DNA of 39,335 bases, from positions 1 to 39,335 of IMG/VR virus record IMGVR_UViG_3300024232_000031. One strand, 5' to 3'. A model generated the notes under the pieces. The model was not told the DNA's origin. It ran no database searches and worked only from the letters and a program-made list of their open reading frames with translations. Position 1 is the stretch's first letter; each line of letters begins with the position of its first letter. The stretch comes from a virus (taxonomy: Duplodnaviria > Caudoviricetes). Shown here piece after piece: positions 17,494 through 25,692 of this stretch. Both the position numbers and the translations under genes were made by a program.

Positions 17494-18471
17494 TCAAGCG
17501 TACTTCCTCATGGCGGGCTCGAGTGCGTCTTCAATCTCTTCCCAGCGTGCTCGGCATGTTCGCGCTAGCTCAGCGTGCAGACCATTGACAACCTCCCGGT
17601 CCTTATCAGCACGAGCCCGCTTCAGCAAGCCGCCGCACTCCTCGAGGCTCATATCGGTTAGATGGCGCTCGCCCTTGTTCTTCTTGAGCCAATCGAGCAT
17701 GGATTGTTCGTCGTCCACCCCATAGCTAAATAGGATCGTGAAATCTGTTTCACGAAACGGTCGACCGACCTTGTTCTTTTTGTTACGAGCGCGGACATTG
17801 ACCCCAACGATCCGCTCAACGCCTGTTACTGTGCGCTTGATCTTTTGGATTTCAGACAGCCAGACAACCTGCGACGCGTAGAAATCAAGCGCACGTCCGC
17901 CCGATCTTGTTTTTGTCTCGCCAAACGCGACGCCGATTTTATCTCGTATCTGTGAGATTACAATCAGCGTGCAGCGTTTCTCGCGCAAGTCAGCTGTACG
18001 ACGTCTAAACATCTCAGACATCGCTTTGGCTTTACCCACGCCATAGGTCGCGTCACCTATCTCGCGCGCCGCCTCAGCCGCATCGCTGAGCGCGTCGAGG
18101 GAATCGAGCACATAGAGATTCGGTACGCCCGTCGGACGGCCCGCGAGCCAGCGTGAGAGGTCCTTATCCATATCCTCAACGGTACGGATTTCCTCAGACC
18201 AATTCACGCCCTTTGGCATTCCCATCGAGTGCGCGTAGGGCATATCAAAAGCGGCTTCCGATTCGCGATATGCGATGTGCTCGGCTGGATATTGTTTGGC
18301 GAAGTTAGCACATGCTTCAATCGCGAGGAGCGTTTTGCCCGCTGACTTATCGCCAACGATATTGGCGACGCGCCCCTCAGCCCATCCCCCTCCAAGGACG
18401 CAATCGAGCAACGTTGAACCCGAGGGTATGAACCGCAGCGTTTCTTGTTGTTGTATCTGGGCGCGCGCCAT
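17494..18471 (-). CDS. RecA/UvsX-like recombinase
   Basis: SGSTLLDCVLGGG, GDKSAGKT, LDSLDAL, SQIRDKIG, SGGRALDFYAS, KNKV. Confidence 0.93.
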   Translation of the reverse strand: MARAQIQQQETLRFIPSGSTLLDCVLGGGWAEGRVANIVGDKSAGKTLLAIEACANFAKQYPAEHIAYRESEAAFDMPYAHSMGMPKGVNWSEEIRTVEDMDKDLSRWLAGRPTGVPNLYVLDSLDALSDAAEAAREIGDATYGVGKAKAMSEMFRRRTADLREKRCTLIVISQIRDKIGVAFGETKTRSGGRALDFYASQVVWLSEIQKIKRTVTGVERIVGVNVRARNKKNKVGRPFRETDFTILFSYGVDDEQSMLDWLKKNKGERHLTDMSLEECGGLLKRARADKDREVVNGLHAELARTCRARWEEIEDALEPAMRKYA

Positions 18472-18483
18472 ATCGCAGCATCC

Positions 18484-19491
18484 TTACCGGTTCTTGAAGC
18501 GAGCGCGGAGTTCGTCGGCGCGCGCTTTAGCAGCGACAGCCGGGTCGACAGATGCTGCTTCGGGCTTAGGCGAGGGCTTGACGGTAGCTCTGCGCGTTGG
18601 CTGAACCGGCGCCTCTTCCTCAGCAACGGCTTCCTCGTCTTCCTCCTCAGCGACCTCTTCATCGTCCGCCTCTTCGGGCTCCGGCTCAGGTTCTGGCGCT
18701 TTAGCTTTCGCCGCGGATCCGCGCGGCTGAATTTTAGCTCTCGCTGCGCCATTGCCGTTAGCGCTCGCTGCGGCGCCGTTTGGCTTTGCGGCGGGACGAT
18801 CGGTATCGGCATCGTCATCGCTTGTGCCGCCCTCGTAGATGGATTTGATTTCATCATACGAGAGATAAACGATAGCGTTTGGCAACGGCTCTTCAGCGAT
18901 GAAATCGATTATATCCTGGTCAACCGAGGATGGACGCCGCGCGACCTGCGTGCCCATATATTTTGTCGCGATGCCCTCGCCCGTTTTGTCGAACGAGATA
19001 TCGTAGCCATTCTCTGGATCGTCAATCTGGTAATACTCGCCGGTCGCGCGGTCTTTTGAAACCTTAACAAAGTCGCGGTCGAGTGTCCACGGCATGGACC
19101 AAATCATTGGCCCCTTGGCTTCATCTTTGCGATCTAGCATCCAAACAAGCACGCGCTTGTTCGCCTGTAGCTCGCGGGCAAGCTCTTCATCGCCGGTACG
19201 CTGCGCTCTTTGGCGGGCTTCACAAATCGGGCACTTTTTATTCTGCATATGGTTGATGCAGATAATTGATGCGCGATCCGGCCCGATGCCAAAGTGTACA
19301 TAAACCTCGAGGCCGTAATGTTCGGGATCTTCCCAGGTTGGAGGTAAGATGCGAACGTAATTATCTCCCTTTGGCGGGTTGTATTGTTTATAGTCGTCTT
19401 TGATGATGCCCTTCCAATCGCTCCCTTGCTGATTGGCTCGCTTTTCCCAAGCATCAACCGGGCGAGGTTTGTACTTAAATTTCATTGCCAT
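18484..19491 (-). CDS. Single-stranded DNA-binding protein (gp32-like)
   Basis: Start at MAMK after AAGGAG; VRILP, H...C...CPIC zinc site, DPENGYDI..K.G.G..TKY; long acidic, Ala-rich tail. Confidence 0.8.
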   Translation of the reverse strand: MAMKFKYKPRPVDAWEKRANQQGSDWKGIIKDDYKQYNPPKGDNYVRILPPTWEDPEHYGLEVYVHFGIGPDRASIICINHMQNKKCPICEARQRAQRTGDEELARELQANKRVLVWMLDRKDEAKGPMIWSMPWTLDRDFVKVSKDRATGEYYQIDDPENGYDISFDKTGEGIATKYMGTQVARRPSSVDQDIIDFIAEEPLPNAIVYLSYDEIKSIYEGGTSDDDADTDRPAAKPNGAAASANGNGAARAKIQPRGSAAKAKAPEPEPEPEEADDEEVAEEEDEEAVAEEEAPVQPTRRATVKPSPKPEAASVDPAVAAKARADELRARFKNR

Positions 19492-19678
19492 CTGTTGCTC
19501 TCCTTTGGTTAGCGGCAGCTTGCGATTGCTGCTTAGCTCGCAGTTGTCGGGATTCATCGATGCTGCGCATAACGCCCATGGTAAATGTGCGCCCCAGGAT
19601 ATACGCAGCGATTATGCCGAAGAATATACAGAGAAGGGCTCTTAACAAGAACAGCAATTCCACCACTAGAGTTTCCAT
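19475..19678 (-). CDS. Small membrane protein
   Basis: METLVVELLFLLRALLCIFFGIIAAYILG; one TM segment. Confidence 0.55.
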   Translation of the reverse strand: METLVVELLFLLRALLCIFFGIIAAYILGRTFTMGVMRSIDESRQLRAKQQSQAAANQRRATDGNEI

Positions 19679-19700
19679 GTTACACCAGATTAGTTGAGGT

Positions 19701-20168
19701 TCACTCCGGTTTCCGTATGACGGCTCGCCGTTTAACAGCGAGTTCTTCCTTTTGTTTTGTGTACGCGGCATTTGGCGCTAAATACCCGGCGATCGTTAGC
19801 TCTGCTATGCGCCTCAACGCGCCTCCCTTCTCTTTTGTTGAATCAACCAAGCCCTGCCAGTAAGCCAGGTCATGTTTAGCGTCCTCATATTCGCGTGTAG
19901 CCTCGATAACCTTGGTGTCTAGCTGCACAAGTGATGCGATACGTATTTCGGATAGTTTTTCCTCACTGGTTAAACGTAACGTTTGCGCTGCATCCGCGAT
20001 GCAAAGGTCGAGCGATGATTTGGCTTCATCGCGCAATTGTAGCGCGTCGGCGGCGATCTCGATAACATCTTGTAAGCGGGCTGGGTGCTCGATAAGCTCC
20101 TCGTCTAAACGTAGCATGTCGATACGCAATGCAGCGCGCAAGCTCTCGTAGGTCTTCTGCTTAAACAT
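19701..20168 (-). CDS. Coiled-coil protein, possibly a UvsY-like recombination mediator
   Basis: 155 aa, all-helical (LRIDMLRLDEEL...); lies just upstream of SSB and RecA. Confidence 0.5.
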   Translation of the reverse strand: MFKQKTYESLRAALRIDMLRLDEELIEHPARLQDVIEIAADALQLRDEAKSSLDLCIADAAQTLRLTSEEKLSEIRIASLVQLDTKVIEATREYEDAKHDLAYWQGLVDSTKEKGGALRRIAELTIAGYLAPNAAYTKQKEELAVKRRAVIRKPE

Positions 20169-21113
20169 TTACCCGCTCCACATTATGCGGCCGATGGCTG
20201 CGATAAAAGCGATTTTCTTGTCAAACGTATCGGCGGGAAAGACAAGCGCCTCGAGCACAGCCCACATATTTCTAGCTCGTCCTTCTTCCTCTGTTTGCAG
20301 CAGCGCACTGGCGATATATCGTCCCGCCAAGATCGATGCCTCTTCGAAAGATTCCGCCTCGATCCTTTGCAGCCCTTCGCGCACAATCTTCCAGGATCGC
20401 TTGCCGCTTAGCAGATGTTGTAACAAATCGATCATGGGGTCGCTCGCTTCAACAAGCGAGATCACGCGTTTAGCTTCCTCACGATCTGAAACGTCATGTA
20501 CAGCTTGCAGGATCGATAGCGCTTTACGCGGCTGCCCTGTCGCAGATGTTACAACAAGTGCGAACACGTCCGGGTGGACCTTCATGTCTTCACAATCGAT
20601 GACAACCGTTAGCAGGTCCTCCATCTCTTGGCGAGCGAGGGGATTGAGCACGACATGAAAACAGCGCGTACGGATTGTTTCAGGGACCTTGATAAGTTCT
20701 GTTGTGCATAATGCGAGATAGCAATGGTTCGGTGGCTCCTCGAGTAGCTTTAAGATGGCTTGCCAAGCAGCGCGTGAGAGTGCGTGCGCCTCGTCGATAA
20801 TCATCAATCGGCGACCCTCAACGCCAACGAATGAGGTATGCTGGCTGAACTCAACAAGCTCGCGCATCGCATCAACGCCATTATGGGAGGCCGCATCGAT
20901 CTCTAATAGGTCCGCCTCAAGCTCAGAGCCGAGTATACGAGCGCAAGTTGTCTTGCCCACCCCTGAGGGCCCAGTGAAGAGGAAAGCGTGCGGGCGGGCC
21001 CCTGAGGCCAGCGCACGACGGAGTGCCTTGATAGCGAATTCATGCCCGACGACCTCTTGCCAGTCGAGCGGGCGATACTTGTTAATGAGCGATAGTGATG
21101 CGGCCTCGGACAT
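20169..21113 (-). CDS. DnaX-like clamp loader AAA+ subunit
   Basis: KYRP..W.EVVGH, GPSGVGKTT, EIDAAS, IIDEAH, LLEEPP, TIRTRC. Confidence 0.92.
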   Translation of the reverse strand: MSEAASLSLINKYRPLDWQEVVGHEFAIKALRRALASGARPHAFLFTGPSGVGKTTCARILGSELEADLLEIDAASHNGVDAMRELVEFSQHTSFVGVEGRRLMIIDEAHALSRAAWQAILKLLEEPPNHCYLALCTTELIKVPETIRTRCFHVVLNPLARQEMEDLLTVVIDCEDMKVHPDVFALVVTSATGQPRKALSILQAVHDVSDREEAKRVISLVEASDPMIDLLQHLLSGKRSWKIVREGLQRIEAESFEEASILAGRYIASALLQTEEEGRARNMWAVLEALVFPADTFDKKIAFIAAIGRIMWSG

Positions 21114-21304
21114 CAGTAAGGATCCTCGTCATACAGGAATGGTTCGCGCGCTGCTATACGGTTATGACGATCGGCCCAGCCATGCAGCCATTCGTTTCGT
21201 GAATGGCGCTGCGTCTCTTTGTCGTACGGATTGGCCTCTTTATGCAAGCCCATGCGCTGAGCGTGCCAACCATCCATAAATTGTAGACTGACCTGCTGGC
21301 GCAC
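21113..21304 (-). CDS. Rmf/CrpP-like small protein
   Basis: F.DG..A...G.....NPY......R..WLHGW follows the Rmf pattern. Confidence 0.6.
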   Translation of the reverse strand: MRQQVSLQFMDGWHAQRMGLHKEANPYDKETQRHSRNEWLHGWADRHNRIAAREPFLYDEDPY

Positions 21305-21580
21305 TTATTCCTCCTTTGCTCGCAAAGGGCACTCAGCGGGGCACGACGGTGCTATTGGCTGAGGCCATGCAAGGTTTGTTTTGCATATCGGACATTCCCA
21401 TTCCTCCTTTGGCAAGGGTTGATGGATAACATGCAATACGCGTCCATCGGGGAGGGTGAGATCGAACGGCGGCGGGCCGTAGCCCTTAGCAACGAGTTCG
21501 CTCTTCGCGATCACCCGCCAGCCGCCAACCTGGGGATCGATGTATCCCCAGGGCAGCCCATCATCATTATTCTGCAGCAC
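21305..21580 (-). CDS. Hypothetical protein with C-terminal Cys cluster
   Basis: CPIC...CPAEC; in operon. Confidence 0.55.
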   Translation of the reverse strand: MLQNNDDGLPWGYIDPQVGGWRVIAKSELVAKGYGPPPFDLTLPDGRVLHVIHQPLPKEEWECPICKTNLAWPQPIAPSCPAECPLRAKEE

Positions 21581-21860
21581 GTTTCTCGATCTCGTTAACG
21601 GTGAGTATCATCTGGCGATCGTCGCCGTCATGAGTACGCCGCCAGCGCTCCATCTCGTAAGCACATTGTTTCGCTTCATTAACCTGGGCGAGATCGGAGC
21701 GGGGCTTGATCCCCGCTTCTACGGCGGACTCGCGCATGAGTGCCCAAAGTTTAACAAGCAACGGCGCGTCCTTGTCATGCGCGCGCACAAGGAAGTAGGG
21801 CTCGTCGTCGCCGAGTGCGGCGTAGCAGTCGAACGATCCCGGATTGCGTTTTGTGCTCAT
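21567..21860 (-). CDS. Hypothetical phage protein
   Basis: ATGA-coupled start MSTKRNPG with AAGGAG; DEPYFLVRAHD. Confidence 0.7.
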   Translation of the reverse strand: MSTKRNPGSFDCYAALGDDEPYFLVRAHDKDAPLLVKLWALMRESAVEAGIKPRSDLAQVNEAKQCAYEMERWRRTHDGDDRQMILTVNEIEKRAAE

Positions 21861-22072
21861 ATCAACTCCTTCTCTTGTGCGAGCCACGTTGGTATTGTTA
21901 AGATCGCCGCTTCATAGGACATCCCGGGCGAGTCATTGGCTTCATATTCCGCCAACGATTTGGGCACCCAAGCGAGCTTGTCGGTTGACCAAGACTGTAC
22001 TTTCCAGGCCTTCTCCGTTTCAGCGAGAATTGATACTTCAACATCAACAACCTCTGAACCTTTAGCCGCCAT
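21857..22072 (-). CDS. Small beta-rich phage protein
   Basis: Start MAAKG after GGGAG; ETEKAW...WVPKS...IPTWLA.EK. Confidence 0.7.
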   Translation of the reverse strand: MAAKGSEVVDVEVSILAETEKAWKVQSWSTDKLAWVPKSLAEYEANDSPGMSYEAAILTIPTWLAQEKELI

Positions 22073-22163
22073 CTGGTTTGGCTCCCGGCGAGTATTATTG
22101 CGTTGCCACTGCTTCATCGTACAGCGGGGGTTCAATCACTCTCGTGTAGAATGGTCATGATGA

Positions 22164-22343
22164 TTACTCCCATTCATGCCACGTACCATTTGGATAAACA
22201 ATGCCAAAAGAGGCCTCACCTTCATGCTCATCAACATATTTCAATGCCTCTTCGAGAGTATTAAATTTACCTACTTCCGCACCACCTTGTCCCTGGGTGG
22301 CCATGATTGTGTATTCTTGTTTGGTCTTAGGCAAAGCGGTCAT
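22164..22343 (-). CDS. Hypothetical protein, 59 aa (not in ORF track)
   Basis: ATGA-coupled; GGGGAG RBS; MTALPKTKQEYTIM...GKFNTLEEAL...WHEWE. Confidence 0.6.
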   Translation of the reverse strand: MTALPKTKQEYTIMATQGQGGAEVGKFNTLEEALKYVDEHEGEASFGIVYPNGTWHEWE

Positions 22344-22912
22344 CGGCGGTACTCCCCTAGCTTTTTGCGCATGTCTTCGGTAGATAGCATAGGCGAACGA
22401 TTCTCAATCCAGCCGTTAGTATCGTTTAACAAGGGAGCTACGAGCACCATCGCTTCACGTCCCGCTTGTGCAAGTCCATCGGACCAGCGAACGATAGCAG
22501 GTAGCCTATACTTTTTGGCTGCTTTTGCGAGGAAGTCGCGTAGAGCGGGATCACGATGGGAATCAGGACGCGCTGCATCAACCCAAACTTGAATCGCGTC
22601 GACGGGCTCGTCATCGATTAGTATTGTTTGCGGCATGGGATCAATCGCGTAACCCGAGATATCAGGTCGCTTCATCGCCGCGGCATCTTCATGAAATAAC
22701 CATACGCAGGACCACGCTTTACAAGGGTCTGGACGGTTTGCGTAGATCGCGCACCCCTTAGAACATTGGTGCTTGCACCGCTCCCCAGCGAGCTTGTTAA
22801 GCGGCTCCTCTACGGGAACATGCGTACAGCAGAATTGGCAAGATCGGCAAGCGCGCCCGTGAAGAGGTTCGCCAAAGATTGACCACCCATTATCGGTGGT
22901 TACTCGATTCAT
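22340..22912 (-). CDS. YkgJ-like CxxCxxCC cysteine-cluster protein
   Basis: CRSCQFCC, C.H...GCAIYANRPDPC..W.C.W. Confidence 0.8.
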   Translation of the reverse strand: MNRVTTDNGWSIFGEPLHGRACRSCQFCCTHVPVEEPLNKLAGERCKHQCSKGCAIYANRPDPCKAWSCVWLFHEDAAAMKRPDISGYAIDPMPQTILIDDEPVDAIQVWVDAARPDSHRDPALRDFLAKAAKKYRLPAIVRWSDGLAQAGREAMVLVAPLLNDTNGWIENRSPMLSTEDMRKKLGEYRR

Positions 22913-25449
22913 CGATGATACTCCCCTGTAAAAGTCGTGACTTCCGCGAACTCGGCCCAGTTATACCCGACCTTAATTTCAACCATCCAGGGCACAATCT
23001 GCCAGTTAAACCGCACCTTGATTAGCTCAGCCGCGATTATCTCGATATATGCCTCGAGCACCGATGGTTCCTCGGGTAGGATAAACGTCAGGTCGTCGTG
23101 GATGTTGATACGGGGATGCAAATATGGTTCTTTCTCAGAAACCGACAATTCTGATAGTGCGTTTTGTGCAGCGAGTACAACATGCGCACCGGTGCCTTGA
23201 ACGGGCGTATTGATAACCTCGTTACCCCATAGGATACCATGCCGGATCACCCCGCAAAGCGTTTGCGTTGAGCCGGTATCTTGGTATTGCTGGCGCTGCA
23301 TCTTAACCCACTGATACGCCTCTGGGAAGCGCTTCCAGAAACGCATTATCATCTCTTCAACGATATGCAAGGGGATACCCGTGCGCTCGCACACGCCTTT
23401 AGCATATGCGCCAAAGAACACGGCGAACACAAAATCAGACTTCAATATATCTCGTCCGCCCTTCATAACCTTTGCCATATCGGTTTCGTTTGTTTTTTCT
23501 TTCAACCGCTCTAGGTATGGCGGATGAAGTTCCAGCGCGACATCACGCCAATAGGCGTGTATGTCCTCTTTCTTTATTATGCTGGAGCATAGGGCGCGAT
23601 CTTTGGTCGCGCAAGCATAGACGCGCGCTTCAAGTTGACCATAATCAAACGAAACGAGCACATGTCCTGGCGGGGGGATTATCTGTGCGCGCAGTTCATG
23701 GTGACGTCGTTTAGGAAAGTTTTGGATGTTAGGCGTATCGCTGCTGAGACGCGTGGTCGCTGTTAATAACGTGCTATATCGAGGGTGCAACAAGCCATCT
23801 GGCGATTCGGCAACGAGCTTGGCGATTGAATCCAGATAAGTGCTTTCCTGCTTGCTGCTTTCCCTAAAACTTAATACGTGTTTAACCAGCGGGTTATCTG
23901 CCGCCGCGGCGTTTAGCGCTTGGTCATCCGTGCTGAACCGCGCACCCTCAACCTGCTGACCATCATCGCCTTTTCGGCTTGTTTTCGGTAAGGTCACCCT
24001 ACCGAACTCGACGAGCGCAGCGCCGACATGATCGTTTGAAGCGATGTTAAACTCTTGTTGTTTAATCGCTTCAAATTGTTTAACCTCATACAGTTTGGCT
24101 GCGGCTTGCTGCGCTGCGATACGTTGCCCTTGCCAGTGCTCTTTCAGGCGTGCGTTCTCAGCGAGGTCGACGGGCAGTCCGAGTAGCTCCATGCGGGCGG
24201 TGCTCTGGATGCTGCCAAGGAAGCGCTGGTAATTGTCTTCCTTAACTTTGTTGCGCAGCAAATTGTAGAGCAAGCGCGAGGCGAGCGCATCCAGTCCATT
24301 ATAGGGCAGCGTTTTGTTAAGCGGCTCGTTCAGCATATTAGATCGGTTAACGCGGACGATCGACTTAAAGTCCACACCTAGATGGATGCGGGAGAGCATA
24401 TCGAGCGAGAGTATCGTTTCACGTTCGTGATACAAACGTGCGAGAGCCATTGAATCATCGAAGGGCGCTGGCTCCCAATCGATGCCCTCGCGCTGCGCCA
24501 TAGCCAGCATCCAAACAAGCTCGAATTCCGCGTTATGCGCGATCCAGGGATGGCTTGCTATGGTATCGAGCAGAAAGCGCAAGCCCCAGTTGTTAGGGCG
24601 TTCTGGATGTTCAACGGGAATCGCGAATGTTGTCTCGCCATCTGAGAATGCGGCTGTTAATATCCGCGCATCTTTCTGGAATGGCGTGAGTCCGGTTGTT
24701 TCAAGGTCGCAAGCGCGGGGGCCTTTCATTTGCCGTTTCAGCGCTAGCGCCTCCTCGAGGCTGTTGGGCAGTAAAACGCTCTGCGGATCGGGCTCCCATA
24801 CCCTGGGTTCGCCCCACTGGTCGACATCGGTAAAGAAGCGTTTAATATCGGCCCTGAACACCGCATGAGCCGGTGACTTATCACCACCGGTACGTAAGAT
24901 GTAGGAGGGATGCAGCACGGGGTAATACCAGTAGCAACGCTCCCCCAGACGCACGGGAAACTTGGTGCCGTGAATGCGCGTGATCGCTTGCCCCGGGTAG
25001 AACCGCGCCATCGGCACGCTACCGATCCCGAGGATGGCTTTGAAGTTGAAACGCTCAACATCCTCTTCGAGGTAGAGGCTACAAGCGTGCTGGTCGCGAG
25101 CGGATGGCGTCGCATTGCCCTTGGGGTGGCAGCGCACGGCGTTCTGAAATGCTACGCGCATGATATCACGTCCGGGGATCGCGCGGCGCAGCATGCGTCC
25201 AGATTCGCCAACAAACGCGGCGCCCTCGCGGTCCTCCTCTTCGCCCGGCGCTTCCCCTAACGCCAAGATGTCCGGGTTAACCGTATTCCCAGATATCTCC
25301 ATTTGTGGGTTGCGCAGATAGCTCCAGGTAGCCTGCAGTGAGCAGTTATCGCAACCCCTTGGTGCGTTCTCGATATCGAAGGCAGCGCGAGACGTTTTAG
25401 CTCGCGGAGCCGGCTTGGTGATTGTTTCTTCCTCGAAGAAGAACCCCAT
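22909..25449 (-). CDS. Family A DNA polymerase with N-terminal family-4 uracil-DNA-glycosylase-like domain and 3'-5' exonuclease
   Basis: UDG motifs CDNC, GEAPGEEED..G.AFVG.SG, NAVRCHP, HPSY; exonuclease DLETTG, HNAEFE, YNGLD; polymerase RLSS..PNIQN, DYGQLEARV, R...K..FVF..FFG, IHDD. Start taken at MGFFF. Confidence 0.93.
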   Translation of the reverse strand: MGFFFEEETITKPAPRAKTSRAAFDIENAPRGCDNCSLQATWSYLRNPQMEISGNTVNPDILALGEAPGEEEDREGAAFVGESGRMLRRAIPGRDIMRVAFQNAVRCHPKGNATPSARDQHACSLYLEEDVERFNFKAILGIGSVPMARFYPGQAITRIHGTKFPVRLGERCYWYYPVLHPSYILRTGGDKSPAHAVFRADIKRFFTDVDQWGEPRVWEPDPQSVLLPNSLEEALALKRQMKGPRACDLETTGLTPFQKDARILTAAFSDGETTFAIPVEHPERPNNWGLRFLLDTIASHPWIAHNAEFELVWMLAMAQREGIDWEPAPFDDSMALARLYHERETILSLDMLSRIHLGVDFKSIVRVNRSNMLNEPLNKTLPYNGLDALASRLLYNLLRNKVKEDNYQRFLGSIQSTARMELLGLPVDLAENARLKEHWQGQRIAAQQAAAKLYEVKQFEAIKQQEFNIASNDHVGAALVEFGRVTLPKTSRKGDDGQQVEGARFSTDDQALNAAAADNPLVKHVLSFRESSKQESTYLDSIAKLVAESPDGLLHPRYSTLLTATTRLSSDTPNIQNFPKRRHHELRAQIIPPPGHVLVSFDYGQLEARVYACATKDRALCSSIIKKEDIHAYWRDVALELHPPYLERLKEKTNETDMAKVMKGGRDILKSDFVFAVFFGAYAKGVCERTGIPLHIVEEMIMRFWKRFPEAYQWVKMQRQQYQDTGSTQTLCGVIRHGILWGNEVINTPVQGTGAHVVLAAQNALSELSVSEKEPYLHPRINIHDDLTFILPEEPSVLEAYIEIIAAELIKVRFNWQIVPWMVEIKVGYNWAEFAEVTTFTGEYHR

Positions 25450-25454
25450 ATCGG

Positions 25455-25688
25455 CTACTCCGTTGGCATGCGCACAAAGGTCGCTAAGTGATAGGTGCCC
25501 GGTTTGCCGAAGCACGCCGCGTCTGCGAGGGCTTTGATCTTGTCGCCGTTAACCGTTGCTCGATTGCTCGACATGAGAGGCATATGTCGAGGTCCGAACG
25601 GCGTTTCAAGATCCGAGCTGATTATCGATTCAGTACCATTCGGATCAACATAAAGCCAAACATACATCTCTTCCATCATACCAGCCAT
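25455..25688 (-). CDS. Hypothetical protein
   Basis: Start MAGMM just after the clamp stop; the upstream extension overlaps the clamp gene. Confidence 0.55.
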   Translation of the reverse strand: MAGMMEEMYVWLYVDPNGTESIISSDLETPFGPRHMPLMSSNRATVNGDKIKALADAACFGKPGTYHLATFVRMPTE

Positions 25689-25692
25689 TTGT

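Noticed and set aside
22073-22163. Possible frameshifted mini-gene (MTILHESD* followed by VIEPPLYDEAVATQ*)
   Set aside because: Too short, with no slippery sequence or recognisable homology, so a pseudogene or recoding call is not supportable.
22909-25449. Polymerase as DpoZ (2-aminoadenine system)
   Set aside because: No purZ, datZ or mazZ-like genes in the window; the modification genes present point to deazaguanine.
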